A DNA stretch of 64,000 bases from Eledone cirrhosa (Eukaryota), in NCBI GenBank assembly GCA_964016885.1, contig OZ024759.1, forward strand, positions 29,512,001 to 29,576,000, read 5' to 3'. Shown in pieces: positions 1 to 64,000 of the stretch. The notes beneath the pieces are model-generated. The model made no database searches. It was not told the DNA's origin and worked only from the letters and a program-made list of their open reading frames with translations. Each line of letters starts with the position of its first letter. The stretch's first letter is position 1. Both the position numbers and the translations under genes were made by a program.

Positions 1-602
1 CTAGCTTCTCTCTTAGTGGCTGTATATTCTTCCCTACTCCCACCCTTTTTCCAAGCCTTCCATGCTAGTCTTTTGTCTCTAATAGCCTTATCTACTGTGC
101 TGTTCCACCACTAGTATGTATATATATGTATATATATATATATTATTGTATATATATGTGTATATATATATATGTGTGTATATATATGTGTGTGTGTATT
201 ACTATAACACATTAAAAGTTTAAGCAAACAATTTCTGGTGTTAGTGGTGTTGGTAGAGGTTGTAGTGGTGGTGGTGGTGTCATTGTGGTGTTAGTGGTAG
301 TAGTGGTGGTGGTGGTGGTGTCATTGTGGTGTTAGTGGTAGTAGTGTTGGTGGTGTTTATGGCAGTGGTGGTATTAGTGGTTGTGGAGTTGGTGTTGGTG
401 ATGGTGATGTTGGGACTGTTTTGAGTGGTTCTGGTTATGGTGATGATGGTGATTGTAGTGGTGTGGTTTTGGTGTTAGTGGTGGTGAAGGTGGTGGTGAT
501 GGTGGTGAGAGTGGTGTTGGTGGTGAAGGTGGGGTTGGGGGAAGGAGAGATGGTATGGAAGACAAGTTAGGAATAACATTGTACAGACTGTTGTAGAGGA
601 GG

Positions 603-1595
603 GTGCAGTGTCTGTGTGTCTGTTGTGTGTGTGTGTGTCAGTGTGTGTGTGTGTCAGTGTGTATGTGTGTGTGTCAGTGTGTATGTGTGTGTGTGTCAGT
701 GTGTATGTGTGTGTGTGTGTGTCAGTGTGTGTGTGTGTGTGTGTGTGTCAGTGTGTATGTGTGTGTGTGTGTCAGTATGTCAGTGTGTATGTGTGTCAGT
801 GTGTATGTGTGTGTCAGTGTGTATGTGTGTGTGTGTCAGTGTGTATGTGTGTCTGTGTGTGTGTATGTGTGTCTGTGTGTGTGTGTCAGTGTGTGTGTGT
901 ATGTGTGTCTGTGTGTGTGTGTCAGTGTGTGTGTGTATGTTTGTTAGTCTGTATGTCTGTCAGTGCGTATGTGTATCAGTGTCTATGTGTTTGTGTATGC
1001 CAGTGTGTCTGTTTGTCTGTCAGTGTGTGTGTATGTGTCAGTGTGTATGTCAGCGTCTGTGTGTGTGTCAGTGTCTATGCGTGTGTGTGTGTGTGTGTAT
1101 GTATGCCAGTGTGTCTGTTTGTCTGTTAGTGTGTGTGTGTGTGTCAGTGTGTGTCTATGTCAGTGCATGTGTGTGTGTCTCAGTGTCTGTATGTGTATAT
1201 GTCTGTATATGTCAATGTGTGTGTATGTGTCAGTGTGTGTATGTGTCAGTGTGTGTGTATGTGTCAGTGTGTGTGTATGTGTCAGTGTGTGTGTATGTGT
1301 ATGTGTCAGTGTGTGTGTATGTGTCAGTGTATGTGTATGTGTCAGTGTGTGTATGTGTCAGTGTATGTGTCAGTGTGTGTGTATGTGTCAGTGTGTCTAT
1401 GTGTCAGTGTGTGTGTATGTGTATGTGTCAGTGTGTGTGTATGTGTCAGTGTATGTGTATGTGTCAGTGTGTGTATGTGTCAGTGTGTGTGTATGTGTCA
1501 GTGTGTCTATGTGTATGTGTCAGTGTGTGTATGTGTATGTGTCAGTGTGTGTATGTGTCAGTGTATGTGTCAGTGTGTGTATGTGTATGTGTCAG
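603..1595. repeat. Compound (GT)n-derived repeat with gtca/gtat interruptions
   Basis: Direct inspection. Confidence 0.9.
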
Positions 1596-1889
1596 ATATT
1601 TTCTGTAAGAAGTTATACAAAGGAGAGGTGGTGGTGTGGCGGTTGGGGCTTGAGTAACAAGGGAGTGGGGGGAGGAAGCAAGTGTGGGGTGGGTGTAAGT
1701 GTGGAGTGGTGGGGGAGGTAGTAAGTGTGGGGGTGTGGGGTGTGAGGTCGGGTAAGTGTGGGGTGGTGGTGGAGTCTGGAATTTGTATGTGGTGAGCTGT
1801 TATATAATTTTCTGTTTGTGTGTGAATACCTCTATGTTTCTCTAAGAATATGTGTGTGTCTGTGTGTGTTTGTGTGTGTATGTGTCATT

Positions 1890-3152
1890 CTAACAGCTCT
1901 AATATATCAATAGTAGGGTAGGTAGTCCACCCTAACAGCTCTAATATATCAATAGTAGGGTAGGTAGTCCACCCTAACAGTTCTAATATATCAATAGTAG
2001 GGTGGATAGTCCACCCTAACAGCTCTAATATATCAATAGTAGGGTAGGTAGTCCACCCTAACAGCTCTAATATATCAATAGTAGGGTAGGTAGTCCACCC
2101 TAACAGCTCTAATATATCAATAGTAGGGTAGGTAGTCCACCCTAACAGCTCTAATATATCAATAGTAGGGTAGGTAGTCCACCCTAACAGTTCTAATATA
2201 TCAATAGTAGGGTGGATAGTCCACCCTAACAGCTCTAATATATCAATAGTAGGGTAGGTAGTCCACCCTAACAGCTCTAATATATCAATAGTAGGGTAGG
2301 TAGTCCACCCTAACAGCTCTAATATATCAATAGTAGGGTAGGTAGTCCACCCTAACAGCTCTAATATATCAATAGTAGGGTAGGTAGTCCACCCTAACAG
2401 CTCTAATATATCAATAGTAGGGTAGGTAGTCCACCCTAACAGCTCTAATATTTCAATAGTAGGGTAGGTAGTCCACCCTAACAGTTCTAATATATCAATA
2501 GTAGGGTAGGTAGTCCACCCTAACAGCTCTAATACATCAATAGTAGGGTAGGTAGTCCACCCTAACAGCTCTAATATATCAATAGTAGGGTAGATAGTCC
2601 ACCCTAACAGCTCTAATATATCAATAGTAGGGTAGGTAGTCCACCCTAACAGCTCTAATATATCAATAGTAGGGTAGGTAGTCCACCCTAACAGCTCTAA
2701 TATATCAATAGTAGGGTAGGTAGTCCACCCTAACAGCTCTAATATATCAATAGTAGGGTAGGTAGTCCACCCTAACAGCTCTAATATATCAATAGTAGGG
2801 TAGGTAGTCCACCCTAACAGCTCTAATATATCAATAGTAGGGTAGGTAGTCCACCCTAACAGCTCTAATATATCAATAGTAGGGTAGGTAGTCCACCCTA
2901 ACAGCTCTAATATATCAATAGTAGGGTAGGTAGTCCACCCTAACAGCTCTAATATTTCAATAGTAGGGTAGGTAGTCCACCCTAACAGTTCTAATATATC
3001 AATAGTAGGGTAGGTAGTCCACCCTAACAGCTCTAATACATCAATAGTAGGGTAGGTAGTCCACCCTAACAGCTCTAATATATCAATAGTAGGGTAGATA
3101 GTCCACCCTAACAGCTCTAATACATCAATAGTAGGGTAGATAGTCCACCCTA
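1890..3152. repeat. 42-bp minisatellite, about 30 copies
   Basis: Unit ctaacagctctaatatatcaatagtagggtaggtagtccacc. Confidence 0.95.
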
Positions 3153-3489
3153 TCCCCATCATCCCCACTATGGAGGTGTAACAACTGGTGACAGTGTGGG
3201 GTGGTGTTGTTGTTGTTGGTGGTGGTGGTGTTGTTGTTGTTGGTGGTGGTGATGGTAGGGGTGGTGTTGTTATTGTTGGTGGTGGTGGTGACGGTGGGGG
3301 TGGTGTGGGTGGCATTGGCGACGATGTTGGAGGAGGAGGAGGTGATGTCTGCTGAAACTTTGTCAATTAGTGTAGTGAGATAAGCCGTCACTTGCCACAA
3401 GAATACATCTCAGTTAATAGTGTATATTATATATAGTGTGTGTGTATATATATATATATATAGTGTGTGTATATATATATGTCTATATA

Positions 3490-4782
3490 TAACTATCTAT
3501 ATACACACACATATATAAATATACACATAAATATACGCATATATATAAATATACATATATATAAATATACACATTATATATATATATATATATACATATA
3601 TATATACACACATATATATAAATATACATATATATATAAATATACACATATATATAAATATACACACATATATATAAATATACACACATATATATAAATA
3701 TACATATATATATATAAATATACATATATATATAAATATACACACATATAAATATATACACACATATATATAAATATACATATATATATAAATATACACA
3801 TATATATAAATATACACATATATATAAATACACACACATATATATATATAAATACACACACATATATATATATAAATATACACACATATATATAAATATA
3901 CACATATATATAAATATACACATATATAAATATACACACATATATATATAAATATACATATATATAAATATACACATATATAAATATACACATATATAAA
4001 TATACACACATATATATATAAATATACATATATATAAATATACACATATATAAATATACACACATATATATAAATATACACATATATATAAATATACACA
4101 TATATAAATATACACACATATATATATAAATATACATATATATAAATATACACATATATAAATATACACACATATATATATAAATATACATATATATAAA
4201 TATACATATATATATAAATATACACACATATAAATATATACACACATATATATAAATATACATATATATATAAATATACACATATATATAAATATACACA
4301 TATATATAAATACACACACATATATATATATAAATATACACACATATATATAAATATACACATATATATAAATATACACATATATATAAATATACACATA
4401 TATAAATATACACATATATATAAATATACATATATATAAATATACACATATATAAATATACACATATATAAATATACACACATATATATATAAATATACA
4501 TATATATAAATATACACATATATAAATATACACACATATATATAAATATACACATATATATAAATATACACATATATAAATATACACACATATATATATA
4601 AATATACATATATATAAATATACACATATATAAATATACACATATATAAATATACACACATATATATATAAATATACATATATATAAATATACACATATT
4701 TAAATATACACACATATATATAAATATACACATATATATAAATATACACACATATATATATAAATATACATATATATATATA
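3490..4782. repeat. (TA)-derived minisatellite ataaatatacacatat
   Basis: Direct inspection. Confidence 0.9.
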
Positions 4783-7249
4783 GAGAGAGATAGATAAAGC
4801 CGGCTATTTCTGGAGTCGAGGTTTTTAAAACACAGCCAGACACAGGGAAGAAGACGAAGAAACAAAAACATGAAAAACATGTGCTGGCTCTTTCTAATCT
4901 AACCACACCTAAAGTTGAATGAATCATAACTAGGCCAAACCTGTCGGCTTTCATTTGTTAACCCATTTAGAACCATACCAGGCCCTTCATTTGGCTGTGG
5001 TGCTCGCAGTGATGGACTTACCTATAAGCTAAGTAAGCCATCGGTTAGGGAGAGCCACACACCGTCGACTATGGGTGGTGGTGGTGGTGGCTCATTTTGA
5101 AAAATATATTTCTTATTATATATTCTTTAACAGTCGGAGGCACATGGAGGCAGATGGCTTAGTGGTTAGAGCATTGGCCTTGCAATCGAAAGGTTGTGAG
5201 TTCAATTCTCAGACCGGGTGATGTGTTGTTTCCTTCAGCAAGACACTTTATTTCACATTGCTCCAGTTTACTCAGCTGTAGAAATGAAATGTTAGGGACT
5301 GGGGTTCATAGCATTCCACTGCAAAGTGGGTATGTAGGTGCCACTGCAAAAAAGCACCCAGCACTCACTGTAAATGAGCTTGGTGTTAGGAAGGGCATCC
5401 AGCTGTAGAAATCAAGCCAGAATCAGTTCCTGTATGAGCAAGGCATGGTCAGCCGACCAGACACTGCCCACAACAGGACAACCCGGTCTGAGAATTGAAC
5501 TCACAACCTTTCGATTGCAAAGCCAATGCTCTAACAACTAAGCCATGTGCCTCCATTATACTTATGTTAAGGTATTGTTCTCAAAATAAATAATATCAAA
5601 ATCTCATAGATCTGATATTATGTGAGATAATTATGTGAGGTAAAGTGTTTACCATGAAAATAAAATAGTAAATATAGAGTAATGTAAATGCTAAAGAGTT
5701 AAAGACAAAATAAAAATTGGGGATTCTCGTAAGAACCCACTCCATATTTTAGGGTTAAACTCAAAGAGCAGAGAGTCGAATCTAATACTGCAAAACATTC
5801 TATCTGACGTTCTAATAACTCTACCACACCACTGCCTAATATTTATGGTAATAATGGGGTGTGTGGGGGTGATTATTTTTTAAATTTCATGCCTTTTAGA
5901 TTAATTTTCAATTTCATATTCCATAATAGAAATTAATTTATTACTGTTAGATTTTAGAAACCAATTTTAGATTCCCAACACGAATTTATCACATAATTAT
6001 ATAGAACTTCTCGATTTTAATCCTATCCCTGTATCTCTCCCTCTCTCCCTCTGTCCCTCCCTGGAACTCTGTCTCCCTTTGTCTCTCCCCCTCTCACTGT
6101 CTCTCCCTCCCTCTCTCCCTCTGTCCCTTCCTGGAACTCTCTGTCTCCCTTTGTCTCTCCCCCTCTCTCTCGCCCTCCCTGTGTCTCACCCTGTATCTTT
6201 CTACCTCCCTTTGTCTCTCCTCCTCTCCCTGTTTCTCTTTTCCCTTCTCCATTTCTCCCTGTCTCACTCTTCCTCTCTATCTTTCTCTGTCTCTCCCTGC
6301 CCCTCTCTGTCCCTTCCTGTAACTCTCTGTTTGTGTCTCCCCCTCTCCCTGTCTCTCTCTCCGTCTGTATCTCCCTATCTCTCCCCCTCTTCCTGTCTCT
6401 CTCTCCCTTTCCCCTCTCTATCTATCCCCATCTCTCTACAGAAAATTTCAAATTAAAGGCGAAAACGTCAATTAGACAATCAATTTTTATTTATTATTAA
6501 ATAAAAATTTAAAATATCATTATTTATATTGTCATTAGCCTTATTATCATTGCGTGTCATAACTATATTACCAAACATACAGATGTGTTGTGCTTTGGGA
6601 ATGTGCAACAGATGAGCAGATGTGTTGAGCTTTGAATATGTGTAGTACTCTTTTTGGTAGTGTTGTCGTAATTGTATTGAAAGTGTATGGTATGGTATAG
6701 TTCTGTAACTCCTGCTGGAGTTGTGGGAGTGCCATATGTTATAAAAATAAATAGGATGTGTTGGAGTTTCAATATGTAAACTAAACAACTAATTCTGGTT
6801 CTTAAGGAAATGATATTTCAATTGGTCTTCCTATTCCTGATGCTATCTACCGGTCGCAACTCCTGGTCTGGTGTTAGTTTTTTTCTTTATTGTTGATTTC
6901 TAAATTTATTTAAATATTAAACCTTATAATAAAAATATAATAATATAATGCTTACAGAACGAAAACACAAACATATATAATATATACAAATATAAACGCA
7001 AAAACAGAGATAAAAAGGAATTTAAATCAGCATTTAAACCGGCCATACCTGGACAGAATTCTCTCACCTCTTTCTGTTCAAACTGGTTGTAACTGGCCAC
7101 TCATACTGATGTTAAGGTATTGTTCACAAAATAAATAATATCAAAATCTCATAGATTCAATATTATGTGAGATAATTATGTGAGGTAAAGCCTTTACTGT
7201 GAAAATATAATAGTATATACAGAGTAATGTATAAAGGGTTAAGCTGCAA

Positions 7250-7785
7250 ATTGCTTCCATGAATCAGCCCCCATATATAGTCTCCCATCATGTTTTCATT
7301 ATATGATCATTGGTAGTGACATTTAAAGTCAAGTATATCCTGGTAGAAGGGCTCGCCTTGCTCTTCAGAGTATGCTGCCATGTTCCCCTTGAATTTATCA
7401 AGATGAGCGTCAAGGATATGTACTTTGAGAGACATCCTGCAACCCATTTTGCCGAAGTTCTTCATGAGGGTCTCAACAAGCTCCACATAATTTTCAGCCT
7501 TGTTATTCCCTAGGCAGCCCTAAAACACTGCAAGAAAACTGTTCCACGCTGCCTCCTCTGTCTTAATGAGCTTTTTGGGGAATTCCTTGCACTCCATAAT
7601 CTTCATTATTTGTGGTCCGACGAAGATACTGACTTTCACTTTTGCCTCATACAGCTTAGGGAATAAGTCTCAAAGGTACTTGAAAGCTGCCAACTCCTTA
7701 TCTAGAGCTGTAACAAACTGTTTCATAAGGCCCAATTTTAAGTGAAGTGGTGGCAACAATACCTTCCGGGGATCAACCAGTGACA
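7250..7785 (-). mobile_element. Decayed DNA transposase, CMC/Chapaev-type by motif recall
   Basis: Minus-strand translation LLPPLHLKLGLMKQFVTALD..YL*DLFPKL..FVGPQI and YSEEQGEPFYQDI, with stops. Confidence 0.65.
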
Positions 7786-7988
7786 GCCCAAGGCACAAAA
7801 GCAAAGTTAGAGGAGAATAATAGACTTTGCCTGTGCTTTCTAGGCTGAAGGAAACAGAAAATAGTACTTATTGATCTAAGATAAAAATTAAGTAAAATTT
7901 TTGTTACATCATGTAACTACCTGGATTTATCCAGGTAGTTAAAAAAACATTTTAAAATTAGAATTTTTTTGTTTTTTTTTGTTTGCAG

Positions 7989-60765
<52,777 letters not shown>

Positions 60766-61264
60766 GTAAGTAGAGCTATATATACAGACATTTATATATA
60801 TATATGTATATATACATGTACACATACATGTATATATATAGAGTGGGGAGACCCAAGAAGACCTGGGATGAGGTGATAAAAGCGGACCTTGCCCAACTGC
60901 ACCTCTCAGCGGCAATGACACAGGACCGTCACCTCTGACATCATGCAGTAATACAGAAGACCCGACTTCCCACAGGAACAAGCCAAAGCAGAAAGCATAT
61001 AGACAGTATGCCCCTACCACCCTACCACTGTAAAGTGGACGTGGAGGTGCCACGGCAAAAAAGCACCCAGCACTCACTGTAAATGAGGTTGGTGTTAGGA
61101 AGGGCATCCAACTGTAGAAATCAAGCCAGAATCAGTTCCCGTATGAGCAAGACAAAGTCAGCCGACCTAACTTTGCCCATAACAGGACAACCCGTCTAAC
61201 CCATGCTAGCGTGGAAGAATCGACGTAAAAAGGTGATGATGATGATGATGATATACATACAAAC

Positions 61265-62340
61265 ATGAGGATTGTAACATCTCCATAGTCGATTGCCATC
61301 TCTTATTGATTCTTCATTGTCATCCCATCCATGGCTTCGTAGATGACTTTGTAGGCCAGCTGTAGATCTGCATGGTTTACGACACAGGTGACAGAAGAGA
61401 GTTGTGCTTTCCACAGGACCAGTGGGGTCACCCTGTGGGACTTCATAGATGACTTTGTAGGCCAGCTGTAGATCTGCATGGTTTACGACACAGGTGACAG
61501 AAGAGAGTTGTGCTTTCCACAGGACCAGTGGGGTCACCCTGTGGGACTTCGTAGATGACTTTGTAGGCCAGCTGTAGATCTACATGGTTTACGACACAGG
61601 TGACAGAAGAGAGTTGTGCTTTCCACAGGATCAGTGGGGTCACCCTGTGGGGCTTCATAGATGACTTTGTAGGCCAGCTGTAGATCTGCATGGTTTATGA
61701 CACAGGTGACAGAAGAAAGTTGTGCTTTCCACAGGACTGGTGGGGTCACCCTGTGGGACTTCGTAGATGACTTTGTAGGCCAGCTGTAGATCTACATGGT
61801 TTACGACACAGGTGAGAGAAGAGAGTTGTGCTTTCCACAGGACCAGTGGGGTCACCCTGTGGGACTTCATAGATGACTTTGTAGGCCAGCTGTAGATCTA
61901 CATGGTTTACGACACAGGTGACAGAAGAGAGTTGTGCTTTCCACAGGATCAGTGGGGTCACCCTGTGGGACTTCGTAGATGACTTTGTAGGCCAGCTGTA
62001 AATCTGCATGGTTTACGACACAGGTGACAGAAGAGAGTTGTGCTTTCCACAGGACTGGTGGTGTCACCCTGTGGGACACAATCGTTATGTACCACCATGT
62101 GTTTTTTTTAGTTTGGAACTAGTTCTACACACCTTGTTGCATAGCACACAAGTTGTTTCACCAGGTCTTTGTTGAGTGGTGTTTCAGGTGATTAATATAA
62201 CCGGCCTTTGAGAGGTGTACACGCTGACAGAAATTGCATGTCCAACTACTGATGACTTCATCAAGACTGTGAGCACGGACCTTCTGGAGCTGACACTTCA
62301 GTTGTTTATGTTTTAGATGACATTCCTCAAGTTTTACAAC
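61265..62340 (-). mobile_element. RTE-type LINE 3' end whose terminal C2H2 finger is amplified 7 times (106-bp unit)
   Basis: WTCNFCQR..AGYINH followed by repeated LFCHLCRKPCRSTAGLQSHLRS; unit starts 61342, 61448, 61554, 61660, 61766, 61872, 61978. Confidence 0.75.
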
Positions 62341-62891
62341 TGCCCTTTATGCACTTTCTCCATTCAGCCATATTTAGAGCTATCTCCTCCCAGTTGTCTA
62401 TATCAAATACCAGCTCTTTGAGGTTGTTCTTCATGCAGTACTTTTACCTCATACTTACATACATACACACACACACATGTATACATATATACACATTCAT
62501 ATATAAATACATACATACATGCATAACACACTTACAGTACTTTTACCTCATACTTACATACATACATGTATACAAACATACATACACACACACACACACA
62601 TGTATAAATATATACACATTCATATATAAATACATACATACATGCATAACACACTTACAAACATTGGTATCCCCTCCACATATATATATTTATACATACA
62701 TATACACACGCATTTATACATACATGTAGATACACACACGTATACACATATATTTACATCCACCCCATTCACAATAAAACATGAGACGATTCATAAAAAA
62801 TATTGCATCTATATCATTAAAAAAGAAAACTTACATATTCAGCATATAATTCTATGGGTTTTAGATTCTAAAAAAGATATTTATAAAAAGT

Positions 62892-62927
<36 letters not shown>

Positions 62928-62973
62928 CACATATATATATATATACATATATATATATGTGTATATGTGTGTG

Positions 62974-63037
<64 letters not shown>

Positions 63038-63085
63038 ACCCATGCCAGCGTGGAAGATAGACGTTAAACGATGATGATATATGTA

Positions 63086-63127
<42 letters not shown>

Positions 63128-63161
63128 CACATACACACATATATATATGTGTATATATATG

Positions 63162-63277
<116 letters not shown>

Positions 63278-63398
63278 TATATATATATATTTTCATAATT
63301 CTTCGGCTCTGTTTAATTACATTGAGCTATATCTTTACTGTCATTTCTATAATATGAAGAGGGTGTTTAACTCCAACACACACTAGTATTTTAATTCT

Positions 63399-63447
<49 letters not shown>

Positions 63448-64000
63448 GTATATGTATATATATAAATATATATACATCTCCACCATGAGCTTATGCATAT
63501 ATATATATATATGCATAAGCTCATGGTGGAGATGACGAAGGACAGTGACAAGTGGAGAGATGCTGTGCTGAATAGGACCCGTCCAACCCTTGCAAGCAGG
63601 GAAAAGCGGACGTAAAATGTTGATGATATATATACACATCTATATATACATATATATATACACATACATATATATATACTTATATGGAGGCACATGGCTT
63701 AGTGGTTAGAGCATTGGCCTTGCAATCGAAAGATTGTGAGTTCAATTCTCAGACCGGGTGATGTGTTGTTTCCTTGAGCAAGACACTTTATTTCACATTG
63801 CTCCAGTTTACTCAGCTGTAGAAATGTGATGATAGGACTGGGGTCCATATCATTCCACTGCAGAGTGGACGTGGAGGTGCCACGGCAAAAAAGCACCCAG
63901 CACTCACTGTAAATGAGGTTGGTATTAGGAAGGGCATCCAGCTGTAGAAATCAAGCCAGCATCAGTTCCCGTCCCACCCTTGCAAGCAGGGAAAAGTGGC

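Noticed and set aside
1885-3366. 493-aa repeat protein ORF
   Set aside because: Stop-free 42-bp minisatellite plus GGT repeat; no other gene evidence.

Overview
Eukaryotic, microsatellite-saturated DNA whose SINE/LINE repertoire looks like an octopod cephalopod genome (inference from repeat families, not verified). Nearly all supplied ORFs are artefacts of (TA)n, (GT)n and trinucleotide repeats. By reading splice sites I assembled ten phase-compatible GT-AG exons on the + strand (7989..60765, 1874 nt, about 624 codons). They encode part of an ADAMTS-like extracellular matrix protein: TSR1, Cys-rich module, spacer, a ~260 aa low-complexity insert and TSR2. I found no start or signal-peptide exon, and the gene is unfinished after the last exon found. 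The introns hold tRNA-derived SINEs, LINE fragments (RTE, CR1-type, R4/Dong, Tx1-like), DNA-transposon relics, MITEs and many minisatellites. The main unannotated signal is a set of at least 8 short non-coding insertions, unrelated in sequence, each carrying a type I hammerhead ribozyme motif. Most sit in or near (TA)n and have direct or inverted terminal duplications (Penelope-like/retrozyme-like). Most motifs lie on the sense strand of the host pre-mRNA and several have non-canonical cores. All structures were paired by eye; no folding or database search was run.
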